Below, piece after piece: positions 12,861 through 26,164 of a stretch of DNA of 64,000 bases. This DNA is from Felis catus (Eukaryota). Made by a program: the position numbers and the translations under genes. The notes under the pieces are model-generated. The model did no database searches, was not told the origin of the DNA, and saw only the letters and a list, made by a program, of their open reading frames with translations. The stretch covers positions 89,902,001 to 89,966,000 of the forward strand of contig NC_058368.1 of assembly GCF_018350175.1 (NCBI RefSeq), read 5' to 3'. Position 1 is the first letter of the stretch. Each line of letters opens with the position of its first letter.

Positions 12861-13714
12861 GCTGAGGGAAGTAACAAAAGAGTCAGCTCACCTTACTGCA
12901 AGAATAAAAGTGTGGCAATAAGCCCCATACCCAGTCCCTCCCACCTGCCACGGGTTAACCCTGAGGAAAGCAGGAGGGGGCTGCAGAGGAATCCCGCGCC
13001 TGTGTTATCCAGCCATGTAGCCCACATGAGGATACAGGAGGCATCAGCCTGTTGTTCTGGGAGCCCCCAGGCTGTCCACTATACGCAGTAATCTTTGGGG
13101 GTTTCCCCAGACAGTCCCCAAACCTAGCCTTCTTGGGACCAAAAAGGCACGGATGTCTTCAAATCCATCAAGACCCCACTCCCTTATGTTCATATCCATG
13201 CTCGCTAGCCCCTTGGCCAAGACCAGTGAGCACCTGCCTCCTACAAAGCTGGGCCTTATTGCAAAGAGGCTGCTATCTCCACCAGGGAACAGTTACCCAG
13301 GGTCAGAGGCCCTGCCTGAGCTCAGCACGTGTTAGAACAGGACCTGCCTCGTGTAAGCTCTTCAGATTTCCTAACGTCTAGCATTTGTTCAGAACCACCG
13401 GGCACTTTTCCCCCAAAGTCTGAAGGTCTGGCGCTTCGACATTCTTTTCCAGCCCCAGGTGCTCAGAGACACTGTTGGCTGGGAATGTGTCCCAGTCTCC
13501 ACTCTCACAGAGACACTGTCCCTTTCCTGTGGGGACACTGATTCTCACCAAAAAGGTGTCTTCTCCCCTATCTGGTGTTTCCCAGCAGCACGGGCCCTGC
13601 CTTCTACTTCTAGTAAGAGCTTCTCCTCCATCCAGTTTCCTGCACACCCGACCTCCCGCTGTGGCTCACATTTGTCTCCCAGTTTGGGAGGGCAGGATTC
13701 TCTCAGGGACATTT

Positions 13715-14150
13715 GGGATGCACGTGACATAAAATCATGCCAAACTGCCTACAGTAGCAAAGGGAATGTAGTGGATCATGTACCTGAAACGTCCAGGAGT
13801 GGACTTCAGGTGAGGCTTGCTCTAGCCTCGCAGAGAATATTACCAAGAACCCAACTCTTCTATCTCTGCTCTTCCTTCCATGGTGATTGCATCCTTTAGA
13901 CGACCCTGGATCCTCCAGACTCTGCTCTCATGTTAACAAAACAGCTTTGCCAGCTCTACACTCATATACTTTCCCTGCAGAGGTCTCTTCTAGAGGTTCC
14001 ACAATCAAGACGAAGGGTTGCACTCCAAGAAATCTCAGCAAACAGCTCACATTGCATTTGCCCTGGTGACTCGATGAGATAGTCTCAATGGCACCTTGCT
14101 TGGGGTGAAAGTCATCCTGGCTTTCCTTTGCTGACCTTGCAAACAGAGAA
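13715..14150 (-). mobile_element. Old MaLR LTR (MLT1K/L-like)
   Basis: gcacgtgacataaaa..caaactgcct..aaagggaatgtagtggatcatgtacctgaaacgtccagg pattern. Confidence 0.4.
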
Positions 14151-16555
14151 GAGCAAGACACCTGGCCACTAAGCGTACTCAGCCACTGACCCCACTCCAG
14201 AACCGAGGTGCTCACTCTTGCTCCCTGGCTGACCTGGGGCCAGAAGTCTGAAGGTAGCAAAGGTGGGAAGGCCTTGGGGACATGGCGCCCCATGGCATGC
14301 ATGGGTAGGACCCACACTGGAGGGGTGAGGAGCCCACTCACAAGCTTCCCCTGAAGGCTCCAGCCTGTGGCCAAATTGGCCCAAAGGAGCCCCAGGCCAG
14401 GAGAGGAGGCCGTGGAAGTTTCTGTGAGGGGAGTACTTGTGCGCCTGATGGTCATGGACACTGAGGGCATCCCAGAGTAGGCCTTGAAGGAGGGGTGAGG
14501 GATAGTGTTTCCCACAGAAGACATGACCTGAAAAGGAGGGATGCAGGGGCAGGGACAGCTGCAGAGACAAAGCTGCTGGGTCCATCCAAGGGCCACATAT
14601 GAAACAATCAATAGTGTCGCAGGGCTAGAGTGCACAGGGCAGGCCTCAGGGCATGGCCCCAGCTCCAGTGGACACATCTGGATCTTTCTCAGTGTCAAGA
14701 AGCTGTGTCCTGACCACGTGGCCCTTCCGGCACAGCATTTTCCACCCTCCCAAGTGTCCAGTCTCTCCTCCGCCCCACCCCCACCCCGGCCAGCCAGCCG
14801 GGGGTCCCACTGCCCTGCCTGGTCAGGTTACTCAGCTGTACACCAGTCTGGAAGTCATTAGTGGAGAGTGGGGCCCCCCTGCTGTCTTCACCCAGCTGGG
14901 AAAGCAAACAGAGCTGGGGGTGGGAATCATGAAAGGGTCCCCAGACCTGGGCCAAGATGCGGAGGGAGGGGGATATGGAATGACATGCGGGTCTGGGGGG
15001 TGTGGGCATCCTTGCGGGGAATAAAGAGGCCTGGGCCAGTCTCTGCAGGGGCCAGTCTCTTCCCTCTGCGTAGGGAAGGCCTCAATGAGGACACCCACAG
15101 GTCACATGGCCACAGCTCTGCACGGTAGGCACAGCCATCCTCCCCTCACCAAGGAGGGTGAAAACTCAAAGAGGTCGGGGGGCATCCCCAGGGGGACCTG
15201 AGCATGACTGGAGCAGGCCTTCCTGAAACCCTCCTCTGGCCATTTTGATACAGAGGCCCTGGGGGCAAGGGCCCACTGAGAGGATGGAGCAGAGAGGTCA
15301 GCAGGGGTGGGATGCAGAGGGCCAGGCCAAGAAGGGACCAATGGAGGAATAGGCCTGGCCCACGGAGGCTGGGGTCAGGGGCATATCCCAGACCCTCTTA
15401 CCGCCCTGAGAAACAGCATCCCTTGAACTTTCCTGTTGTACAAGAAACCCAAATGTTCTGGTTGCCAGAGTGAGCTTGTGTGCAAAAGGATATGTAGGGA
15501 TGGGGCGGGAGGGAGACTCTGGCCTCACCGCTGGAGGACCAGCCTGAGGCAGGTGCCCTTGTACCCAGGGCTTCCTTCTGAAGTGTCGCCACCACCTGGG
15601 GTGCTGTTAGCCCATTCTACAGAAGGGAGGTGACTAGGAAGCGAGGTCACTTGGGCAAGATCGCAAGTTGGGGCCTCCAGAAGCAGGACGCCCCAGCCAA
15701 GGCCTCAGGCTCCTCTGCCCCCCACCCCTCCCCCGGTCCTGGGAGTGAAGGGGGGAGCAGGGGAGCAGTGCAGGTGTGTTCCTGCAGAGCCTCCTCTGAG
15801 AACCTGGGAGTGAGGACACCAGCCTGCAGGACTGCAATGTGGACACCTTCATCCCAGGATCTGAAAGCCCCACTCCCTCCCACCCCCCTGTACGCCATCC
15901 CCCCCCCCCCCAGGGTGCTGGCTGCTTTCTCCAGCACATTCTTGGCAGCATCTTGTTCCAGTCCCCCAGAGGCAGACCTTTCCCAGTGCCTTCCTGTTTG
16001 AGTTCACGGGCACGGGATGTGGACTCACAGTTGAAAGGAGCAGGTGGGCGAACTTGGCTGAACAGAGTTTCTTTTCTTCCTCCACAAGAAGAGCGAAGGC
16101 CAGACCTTGGGCTCCTCACCCATGCTGGGAGGGGTTTGGCCCAGCCAAATTCTCAACCGGAAAAGAAGATCACAGCATCCTCAGATGTGGGGCTTCTCCT
16201 TTTCAAGGACTCGGAGTTCCAAGTTTCAAACTAGTCTCTAGGTTCATCTTAGAATTTTTGGCCAGGACTGGCGTCAGGTTTCCAGGACAGGAGGCCTCAC
16301 ACATGTTACCAAGATGGTTTCAGGGTCCTCAGAGCTACTTCCCTTGCTCACAGATATCGCCCTGAGGACGAAACACAGGAAGCAGGAATGCTCACTAGCA
16401 TTCCTTCCAAAAAGAACTTCTTAAAGTACTTGGTGAATTTCTTCTTTATTGTTTTTTTTTGTATTGCTTTAATTGAATTAATTGCTTTAATTGAAGCAGT
16501 GAATCATGCTTTCATAAAACATAAATGCAAAATAGTCATTTTCTTAAAGAAAAGA

Positions 16556-16759
16556 TTTTTTAGTGTTTATTTGTTTTTGAGAGAGAGACGGACAGAGCAT
16601 GAGCAGGGAGGGGCAGAGAGAGAGACACAGAATGGGAAGCAGGCTCCAGACTCTGAGCTGTCAGCACAGAGCCTGACGCGAGGCTCAAACTCACAAACCG
16701 CGAGATCATGACCTGAGCCGAAGTAGGACACTTAGCTGACTGAGCCACCCAAGCGCCCC
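16556..16759 (-). mobile_element. Can-SINE
   Basis: SINE consensus. Confidence 0.9.
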
Positions 16760-16765
16760 TCAGTT

Positions 16766-16975
16766 CTTTTTTTTTTTTTAACTTTATTTATTTTGAAAGA
16801 GAGAGTGTGTGTGAGTGGGGGAGAGGCAGAGAGAGAGAGAGAGAGAGAGAGAATCCAAGCAGGTTCTGAGCTGTTAGTGAGGAGCCTGATGAGGGGCTCG
16901 AACCCATGAAATGTGAAATCATGACCTGAGCGGAAATCAAGACTTGGACACTTAAGGTGCCACCCAGGTGCCCCA
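16766..16975 (-). mobile_element. Can-SINE
   Basis: SINE consensus, in tandem with the previous copy. Confidence 0.88.
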
Positions 16976-17159
16976 AGACGCAGTTCTTGAGAAAAAGATG
17001 CACAGGGAGCCTGTTACAGACAGACCCAGAGACAGGAGCAGTTAGACTTGGCAGTCGAGCAGATTCTGAAGGTCCTGGGCTTGAGTCTCCACCTATCTAT
17101 GTAGAGCTTGGGTGGGCCCTGGGGGCCCCCTGTCTTCACCTCATCCTCCATCCTATCAG

Positions 17160-17600
17160 CACACACTGTTCAGTCAACATATTTATTGAGCAGGTACTAC
17201 ATGTCAGGGACCGTTCTAGAATCTGGGGCTGCAGTAAGGGACAAAACAGAAAAAAATCCGATCCCTCATGGAGTGGATGTCTTTATGAGGGGGATGGACC
17301 AGGGATGCACACCCAGGGTGTTGCCTGCTGACAAGCCCTCTCCTCTGAAGACAGTCCGAGCCGGGAAGAAGGGAAGGAGACCTTGCCAGGACATGGGCAG
17401 GGGCACTGCATTAGTAAGCATGATGTTCAGGAAAAAGTTCATTGAGAAAGTGACAGGAAAGGATAGATCTGAAGAAGTGAGAGAGGAGAATGCAGGATTT
17501 TGAGGGAGGAGAGTGCCAGGCAGAGAGAACATAATGTTCCAGAAACATTCAGAGAGCTGACCATTCTGTGTGGCTGCACTGAAGGGATGAGGGTGGGGGG
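17160..17600 (-). mobile_element. L2 3' remnant
   Basis: ttcagtcaacatatttattgagcaggtactacatgtcagggaccgttctaga is a typical L2 3' end. Confidence 0.55.
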
Positions 17601-17674
17601 TGGCAGAAAGTGGAGGAAGGGGGCTAAGGTGGTGACTCTGAGCAGAGGAGGGACAGGACTCACTCGGAACAGGT

Positions 17675-18112
17675 TCCATCAAAACGAATGTCCACGTCCC
17701 AGAATCTGCGAACACCATCTTATTTGGAAGCGGGTCTTTGCCCATGTGATGAACTGAGGATCTCCAGATGAGAGCATCCTGGATATCCAGGTGGGGCCTC
17801 AATCCAATCACAAGTGTCCTTATAAAAGACACACAGAGGGGAGGCATCGACACAGAGGAGAAACCCATGTGAACTGGGAGGCAGAGATGGGAGCCATGCA
17901 GACACCAGCCAGGTAATCAGAGCCACCGGGTGCTGGAAGAGGCAAAGAAGGATCCTGCCCAAAGGGCCCTGCAGAGAGCATGGCCCAGCTGACTCCTTGA
18001 TTTTGGCCCAGTGAAGCTGATTTCAGGCGTCTGGCTCTAGAACCATGTGAGGCTAACTGTGTTAAGTCACCCACTCAGTAGTGATTTGTTATGGCAGCCA
18101 CAGGAAATGCAT
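17675..18112 (+). mobile_element. MaLR LTR (MLT1B/C-like)
   Basis: cttatttggaagcgggtctttgc..gggcctcaatccaatcacaagtgtccttataaaagac..gtgatttgttatggcagccacaggaaa. Confidence 0.75.
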
Positions 18113-18307
18113 CCACCATTGCAAGGAGCCGGCGTGGATGTGGGGAGACCAGTGTGGAGGTCACTCTATGACATAGACACCCAGTGACACCCAAGCCCAC
18201 CGGACCAGACTATATGCAGGGTTTGCCATGTTCACTCAGCACCTGGGTGTTCCCTTAATGTCTCACTTTGTTTTAACATCAATAAACTCATTTAAAATGC
18301 AACATTA

Positions 18308-18518
18308 GGGGCGCCTGGGTGGCTCAGTCATTTAAGCATCTGACTGCAACTCAGGTCATGATCTTGCCACATTCAAGCCCCACCTCGGGCTCTGTGATGA
18401 CAGCTCAGAGCCTGGAGACTGCTTCAGATTCTGTGTCTCCCTCTCTCTCTATACCTCCCACACTCACACTCTGTCTCTCTCAAAAAAAATTTTTTTTTAA
18501 TTAAAAATAATAAAAATA
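18308..18518 (+). mobile_element. Can-SINE, TSD aaaatgcaacatta
   Basis: 14-bp direct repeats flank the element. Confidence 0.92.
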
Positions 18519-19424
18519 AAAATGCAACATTAGATCACTAAGTTAAATATAAAAAGAAATTCATTTTCCATATGTAGAAAGTAACCATGAAAATAAATTC
18601 AAGGAAAAGCAGACTGTTGCCACATTCTAACGTCCTGCCCTGCCGTCCACCCAGCTGTCTGAGCCCATGGCCTCTTCTTTGTATCTAAAACCATAAAATA
18701 GTGCTAATGTCAGAGGGGGCATCAAGGTCATCAACATCAGAGGGAGTCTCTCTCACACTGCCACTCCTTGTTCCTGTACCCCTGCGGTCAGCATGGCCCC
18801 ATTCCACACAGCCTACATCTAGGCAAGCAGTGCCCTTGCCGGGGTAGGCAGGGTTTGGGGGGAACCACAAAGAAGGGGCACAGTAGCTAAGCTGGGACCC
18901 GGGCTTGACTGCAGAGGGGCCCCCTGGGAATGAATGATTTAAATTGGTATGAGCTTCTTCCTTGGACGATGGAAGGCCAGGAATAAGTCCAGTTTTACTG
19001 GGGTTTTTCAGATGTTTGGGTATAGAGTGAAGTACACCAATGTTTAGTTACAGGTTGGTTTTGCTTGGCATGGTTTTTGAATCATGTGCATGCATGAGAC
19101 TGACTTGAATTTTTTAAGACACAGGGAGCATGCAAAGGAATGACCCCATGGGCATACTTGTGTCCCCAAGCCCCAGTGGCCCCACAAGCTTGGGTGGGGG
19201 TGGAGACAGGGTCTCTGTGATGGAATGGGGTAGGGCAGCGAGTCCCTAGGGAGGTTTCGGGCTCAGAAGCTTGCCAGGTGCAAGTCATAGGAAACCTGAC
19301 TCTCCAGCCGTGAACTCAGAAGGGCAAGCAATGAATGCCAGTGACTTCAGTTTGCCCTGAAGAGCCATTCTGTGCCCTGTTTTGTGCCTCAGGTGCCTAA
19401 CCTGTAAGGTAAATCATAAACCAA

Positions 19425-19725
19425 CAGGCGAGGAGGTCAAGGTATTTCTTCCCAATGTCCCCTCCCCGCAAGATCCTCTAGGGCTGGCTATGTTCCTTTG
19501 CCAGAGATCACAGTTCCTGTTGGTGGCCCCTCCATACAGCCCCTTTCTTCCCAGGTTTCTGATAACGGCACTGCCCCTGCTCCTAAGGGCAGAGGGTAGT
19601 AGCAGCACCTGGCTATTACCAGATGGACTGTACTCTCCGTCATGATTTTCCTATATCTCCTACCCACCTCCACTGAGCTCCTTTATTACACTTATCCTAT
19701 TTGAATGTGCTTCATTCAGGAAACC
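19425..19725 (+). mobile_element. 5' LTR (LTR33-like) of ERV-L provirus
   Basis: gaggtcaaggtatttcttccc..cacagttcctgttggtggcccctcc..ctttattacac..tttgaatgtgc, similar to the LTR at 25078-25493. Confidence 0.55.
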
Positions 19726-20257
19726 TTTCCTCGGAATGGTCTCTGGGATCCTGTTATTCACCTATTTGAGGAACATCCCACCCCCAGCCAGGAGAAAAGG
19801 GGACATGGGACATCTGGCATGCGGTGGCATCGTGATTCCCCAAAGGAGAGCCAGTAGTGGCATGAGAGAAGCAGAGGTGGAGGGCAAGGCATTGGAGCAT
19901 CAAGTGGCTGCGACACTCAGTTGCTATAGCAACCATGGCCCAGGGAATAGTAATGACCCTGGAGCATCATTTGTGAAAATGTGGCCCAGTCCACAAACTG
20001 GTGCCACCGACTGACTGCCTGTTGGTGATCAGAGATGAAAGAAGTACAGAAATTCGGAAAACTTTGTAGCATTTTGGTCCAGCTATGACATCCAAGTACA
20101 TCCATGAGTATGGCCAGTGTTACTGCACAAGGCAGAAGGATCTATGTGGGTACTGTCAGAGTTACATGGTCAGCTGCACGTGCTGCAAGAATGTCCTGGG
20201 TGTGTGTAGCAGGACTGTGTCACCTGGTCACCTGGTGTGGGATTTTAGGATTCCAGT

Positions 20258-20473
20258 CTTTTTTTTTGGGGGGGGGGTGGGGAGGGAGAGAGAGAGAGAG
20301 AGAGGGAGTGTGAGCAGGGGAGGGGCAGAGAGAGGGAGACACAGAATCCGAAGCAGACTCCAGGCTCTGAGCTGGCAGCACAGAGCCCGACACGGGACTC
20401 GAACTTGTGAACTGCGAGATCATGACCTGAGCCAAAGTGAGACGCTTAACCGACTGAGCCACCCACGCGCCCC
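20258..20473 (-). mobile_element. Can-SINE inside ERV-L
   Basis: SINE consensus. Confidence 0.9.
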
Positions 20474-20873
20474 TGAAGATGCATTTTTTAAAAGCATTTT
20501 CTAAGAGCATTTGCTCCATTGTACACAGAAATTTAAAATGAAAACCTTGAGGCTCACACTTTGAAATTTCTACATTCATTTCTCTCAACATACCTCTGTG
20601 TGAGACTAATTTCACGACCATGAAAATTACTAAATTTAGTAGCACTGGTCAATTCAATTTATCTAATAAATTAACAAGCAAGAAGCCAGTCCATTAAAAC
20701 TTCAAACATGGGAATCATCAGTGGACTTCTTTTGGTTTATTTACAGTTGCAAAATGACAAAAAAGTTATTAATGTAATTATGATTCTTTATAATTGTTCA
20801 TCTATATACACTTTCAGTGAAATATACAGCTTTAGTTGTTTTAATAGTTTTTCCTATGCTGTTTGTTGTAATT

Positions 20874-21086
20874 ATTTTTTTTTAATTTTTTAACTTTTAT
20901 TCGTTTTTGAGAGACAGAGAGACAGTGGTGGAGGGGCAGAGAGAGAGGGAGACACAGAATTCGAAGTGGGCTCCAGGCTCTGAGCTGTCAGCACAAAGCC
21001 CAACACGGAGCCCGAACCGACAAACCGTGAGATCATGACCTGAGACAAAGTCGGACTCTTAACCAACTGAGCCACCCAGGCACCTC
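20874..21086 (-). mobile_element. Can-SINE inside ERV-L
   Basis: SINE consensus, followed by a short SINE tail fragment at ~21098-21135. Confidence 0.9.
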
Positions 21087-21832
21087 TTTTTAAAAATTGT
21101 TTTTAATGTTTATTTATTTTTGAGAGGGAGACATAAAACAGGGACATCAGACAGACACAAATGAGACTGAACTCTGAATCCTCAAATGACCCCAAATTTC
21201 CCTTGATACCAGAGACAGCCCAGCCTGGGAGGTAGACTCCCCTGCACAAAAGCCTCTTTGACTAGGCTTGGGCACACCTGTGTCCCTCAGGACCATGGGG
21301 CCCATGGTGAGTCATGGCTCCCTAAAACCATTCAGAGAGGTGCAGGGTCTGAGGTCAGAGGGGAGAGCCCTAGTGAGACACATTCCTGCCAGAGAAGAGG
21401 AGGGAAATCATGGGAAATTCTGGGACCCCCACATCAGCAAGCTTTCTAAGGATCCAGTGTTGTTGGCTGATCCCTCTAAAGTAAGAGATAAGTTGCTACA
21501 CCTTAGGCCACCTGCCAGGAAAAAAGAAGCAAAACCATGGGATTTTGAAGCCAATGTATGCCTGCTCCAACCACTTCCTGGGTAGCCAGTGGTTGCGAGA
21601 GGGGCCTGGAACAGAAAAGAGCCTTCCCAGGCACAGATGCCAGGGTCCCGGAGGAAAGTCATGCCCTCTTCTACCAGCACAATTCTCCACCTGAAAACAG
21701 GCTCCTAACTTACAGCTGGGCCTTGGGAGGCAGCATGCATATTGACCTCGGGGGGGGGGGGCAGGTTGTAGGGCATGACCCAAAACACTTATCAGGAACT
21801 GGGCAGAATTGTATGTGCAGAATGGCCTTCCA

Positions 21833-22030
21833 TTTTTTTCCCTATGTTTATTTATTTATTTTTGAGAGAGAGAGTGAGTGAGCACAAGCAGAGGGAGAGA
21901 GAATCCCAAGCAGGTTCCACGCTGCCAGCACAGAGCCCAATATGGGGCTCGATCCCATGAACCATGAGATCATGACCTGAGCTGGAATCAAGAGTCAGAT
22001 GCTCAACTGACTGAGCCACCCAGGTGCCCC
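21833..22030 (-). mobile_element. Can-SINE inside ERV-L pol
   Basis: TSD agaatggccttccat / agaatagctttccat. Confidence 0.9.
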
Positions 22031-23974
22031 CAGAATAGCTTTCCATCTTAAAATAGAAATAGTAAGCAAGCAGGTCTAGAAGGTCTGGAAGGTACAGAGT
22101 ACCAGATGAGCTGGTCCATGACCAGTTAACAGAGTTAAAGTCCCTGTTTCATGCATGGGTACCATAGTAAGCCAGCACCACAAGTAGCTGGCAGCCCCCT
22201 GTGGACCCTCCCCCAGCTGACAGAAAAAGAACATGGTGAAGAGAAATCTTCCCCATGGACAGAACTTCAGGCAACTCAACCGGTTACCTGCTCTCTGTGG
22301 AAGGAAGTATGGCGGAGACAGAAACACTGGGATTCATGAGTGGTGGCTAACAGATTGGCTGGCTGGTCGGGGCCTGGAAAGAACAAGATTGGAAATTTGG
22401 GGGCCAGGTGGTCTGGGTCATTTGAGATGCGCACAGACTGTGATGACATCTGCGTCCTGTGTGAACACCTCCCCAAGGGCATCCACAGTGAAGGGCATGC
22501 TCAGTAATCAAACAGGCAAGTTAACCCACCTGTGGCTGTCGGCCAGCTTCTCTCCCACCACCACGTGCTTCCTTAAAGGGCTGCGTGTAAGGTGGCCATG
22601 GTGGCAGGGATGGTGGTTGGGTATGAAGGGGCCATGGTGACAGGGATGGAGGCCATGTACAATGTGGCTGTGGTGATGGGGATAAAAGCCATGTGAACGT
22701 GACTGGTAAGTAAAGGCTCAACAGCACAGACTTTGCTGCATCAAGACTGACCTGGCTACCACCACTCCTGAGTGACCAACCTGCCAACAGCAGGGGCCAG
22801 TGCCAAGCCCCCCACATGGCACCTTCCCTGGAGGGATCAGCTGGGCATTTCTTGGCAAGTTCATTACGTTGAACCCCCGCCGTCACGGAAGAATTGCATT
22901 GTCCTCACCGGAATGTTGCATGTTCCAAATGCATCCTTGCCTTCCTGCCTATGGAACTTCTGCAGCACCACCATCGATAGACTCATAGACCACCTTATCT
23001 ACTGCATGGTCTCCCACAACATTGCCTCCAACCAATGTGTGCATTTTGCAACAAAGGATGTGCCAGTGGGCTCTCACATGTCCCCTCACCAAGAAGCAGC
23101 TGGCCTGTGGGAGTCATGGAGGAGCCTGCCGGAAGGCTCCTTTAGGACACCATCTGGAGGACAATACCTTTTGAGGCTGGAGTGCTGGCCTGCAAAGTGT
23201 GCTACAGGCATCAAACTGATGACCGAATATGGTGCCATCTCCCCGCTGTGCAGAATTCACAGGTTTGAGAACCAGCAGCAGACACCTGACGTGTCTGCCA
23301 CTCCACTGACACCTTCCTACAGAGGTCTTGCATTCCCTCCCAGTCACCTTAGACCCTGTGGGAGCCTACAGGTCCTAGCATCCAGGAAGGAGTGCAAGTA
23401 TGGTTTCCATTACTGGACGCTAAGAGTGTGCTCCTTGCCACGTGGGCTCTCCACTCACTGAACTAACAGGCAGATAGAAGGGGTCACTGTACCGGGCAAG
23501 GAATTAATCCCAATTACGAGAAAGAAATTGGATTGTTGTACACAGTAGGAGGAAGAAGGACTCCGTATGAATCTAGGGGATTCCCTGGGGGTGCCTCCTA
23601 GTACCCCTGACCTAAGAGTACTAGTCAATATTATAACCCAACAAAGATAGGCCCACTAAGAAAGGACTTAGATGCAGCAGGAGTAAAGATTTGGAAAAGA
23701 ATCATCTGAGAAAGAACCTTACCTGGTCAAGGTACTGGCAGAGGGCAAGGGGGATGCAGAATGGGCAATGGAAGAAGGAGCCCTGATTGTCAACTCAGGT
23801 CTCCTGAGAATCACAAAGCAAGGACTTGGGCAGGTATGTCATCAGATTTTTCTCCACTGTCCCATCACACACTTTTTTCCTGTTATCACATGTGAAAAAC
23901 ATATTTGGTGGTAAACATTTTAGACTCCCAATGGGACCAACTAAGGAAGCACATCCATCCCTTAATAAGGCTAT

Positions 23975-24158
23975 AGCTGAGGCCCATGGACCAAACCCCT
24001 AATGCCACCTGTTTTTGTAAATAAGGTTTCAGTGGGGCATGGTCACATTCATTGTTTGTGTATCATCCATGGCTATTGCAGCGAAGTCAAATTACATCAA
24101 GGATAGTATGGCTCACAAAGCTCACATATTTATTATCTGATCTTTTACAGAAAACGTT
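23975..24158 (+). mobile_element. MER58A-like hAT-Charlie MITE
   Basis: ggcccatggaccaaa..ccacctgtttttgtaaataagg..atggctcacaaagctcacatatttattatctgatcttttacagaaaacgtt. Confidence 0.7.
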
Positions 24159-24164
24159 GAGCTG

Positions 24165-24962
24165 GGAATGATGCAGAGAAAAAAGGAACTCTCGTGTACT
24201 GTTGGTGGGAATATAAATTGGTGCAGCCACAATTGAAAACAGCACAGAGATTCCTCAAAATGTTAAAAACAGAACTACCATGTGCAGCAAACCCACTTCT
24301 GGGTAATTATGCAAAGGAAATGAAAACACTAACTCCAAAAGGTATATGCACCCAGTGTTCACTGCAGCATTATTTACAATTGACAAGATATGGAAACAAA
24401 GTGTCCATCGATGGATGAATGAATATAAACTTGGTGTAGATATATACAATGGAATATTAGCCATTAAAAAGAAGGAAATCTTGCCATTTGCAACAACATG
24501 GATGCACCTTGAGGGCATTATGCTAAGTGAAATAAGTCAGACAGGGAAAGAAAATATATGATGAACTCACTTATATGTGGACTCTAAAAACAAAAACAAA
24601 AAAAACCAAACTCCCAGATGCACAGCACAGGTAGCTGGTTGCCAGAGGTAGGGGGTGGGGTGGGAGAAATGGGTGAAGGGGGTCAAAAGGTAGAAACTTC
24701 CAGTTATAAAATAAATAAGTTCTGGGAATACATTGCACAGCATGGCAACTATAGTTAATGATACTGTATTGTATATTTGAAATTTGCTAAGAGAGGAGAT
24801 CTTAAAACTTTTAATCATGAGAAAAAAATTTCTATACATGGTGACAGATAGTAACTAGATTTGTTGTGATGATTATTTCATAATAGTGACATAGCGAATA
24901 TCATCGTATTGTACACCTGAAAACTTGTATAATGTTATATGTCAATTATATCTCAATTAAGA
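24165..24962 (+). mobile_element. L1 3' end (ORF2 C-terminus plus 3' UTR)
   Basis: CWWEYKLVQP..RFLK.LKTELP, FTAALFTI.KIWKQ and AIKKKEILPFATTWMHLEGIMLSEISQ are canonical L1 ORF2 C-terminal motifs; ends tgtcaattatatctcaattaa. Confidence 0.92.
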
Positions 24963-25077
24963 AAAGAAAGAGAGGGTTGGCCAAGCCCTGCTATTACTAT
25001 TGGGAATCATCGGGCCCCTTGTGGGGACACAAAGTTTTCCCTGAATGAAAGGATGTGGAGGGCAGAAAGGGGCGGGA

Positions 25078-25493
25078 TGTTTAGGATATCTTCCATTTGC
25101 CCCTCTAGACCCACTCTGCACCCACCCTGTTCTCTATCTGTTTAGCCACCTCAAGGGCTCTCTTTTCCTCTGACTTCCAGCAACAGGAGGCCTTTAGCAG
25201 GAGACTGGAGGCAGAAAGGAGAGTGAGATCTTTCCTGCAGGGTCAGCCTCCCATAGCCAAAAGTCACAACTTCTGCTGGACAGCCCTCTCCACATGGCCC
25301 TTCCAGGAATGTCAGAGTTCCAGAAGCTTCTCCCTCCTCTTGCCCCTTCGGGCCTTGGCACACTAATGGTTCACTGCTGCTATATTCCCTCCATCCTCTC
25401 CACACCTTCACAAAATGTCCTTTTATGAAAATCTTCCCAAACTACCACGATTTGAAGGTGTCATCGTATCCCGCAGGAAGCCTGACTGGTACA
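25078..25493 (+). mobile_element. 3' LTR (LTR33-like) of ERV-L provirus
   Basis: Preceded by the purine tract ggagggcagaaaggggcggga; starts TGT and ends ctgactggtACA; internal gcaggagactggaggcagaaaggagagtgag and ccctcctcttgccccttcgggcct resemble LTR33. Confidence 0.7.
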
Positions 25494-25641
25494 AAGCATA
25501 ACTTGGCTTATTTTTTTTCTATAACTGAATCCACCAGGATTGGGTTTAACTTTAGTAGATTTCTGGTAAACTCTGTTAATTCAAGGTTTCACACTCGCCT
25601 GCATCACAGACACCTGCCCCTGCCTTCTCTGGGATTCTAAG

Positions 25642-25770
25642 TAGAGTGACCCTATGACTGACTTGTGGGGGAGACTCCCAGTTGACACCTGCTGTCTCAG
25701 GATCATTATTAATAGTGTCCCCTTCACTCTCAGAGTCCCGGGTTAGACAATAAGTGATGTGGTGACCCTG
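25642..25770. mobile_element. hAT-Blackjack MITE (MER94-like)
   Basis: Imperfect TIRs tagagtgacc...ggtgaccctg with an internal attattaatagtgtccccttcactctca. Confidence 0.55.
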
Positions 25771-26164
25771 TATAGAATATGCTGGGTCTGCCTAGAGGAT
25801 GATCTTATTCTTTGTCTAGACTCTCCAGCTGGCATCAGCCACACTCTGCCTTATCTAGTATGGTCCTGAGATGTTAATCCTTGAAGACTCCAGTGGCAAA
25901 GGATCCTCCTCCTCTGTCCTGAGCACAGAGCCTTCCCTGTTCTCTTTCTCTTAGTTTCTTCTGCCTCCTGTTCTAGGCCCTTGGGACTTATCAGTGAACA
26001 AGACAGGAAGGGGGGGAAAAGGTCCTGCTTGCAAGTACTTTTTCTTCTTTCTATTATTCTAAATGATGTTTTCATGGCTATGAGGTTTCCTCTGAATACC
26101 GCTTTGTATGCACTCCTCAGGTTTTCATGTGGATGTTCTTACCCAGCTTTAGTTCTTTGCTCTT

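Larger units (their letters stand above)
19730..23900 (+). mobile_element. Decayed ERV-L (class III) internal region: gag, pol (RT-connection, RNase H, integrase) and dUTPase remnants
   Basis: DPSKVRDKLLHLRPPARKKEA (~21470-21535), QLTEKEHGEEKSSPWTELQA (~22215-22275) and TTIDRLIDHLIYCMVSHNIASNQCVHFATK..PHQEAAGL (~22965-23110) match remembered ERV-L Pol motifs. A dUTPase-like segment lies at ~23480-23620. Many frameshifts. Confidence 0.85.

Noticed and set aside
13928..14698. Longest ORF in the track (256 aa, minus strand)
   Set aside because: No recognisable domain, overlaps an old MaLR remnant, no exon context; consistent with chance in GC-rich DNA.
22772..23461. 229-aa ORF as a domesticated integrase gene
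   Set aside because: Catalytic motifs are degenerate (ASNQ for SDQG), similarity is patchy and flanking pol is frameshifted; a decayed ERV-L.
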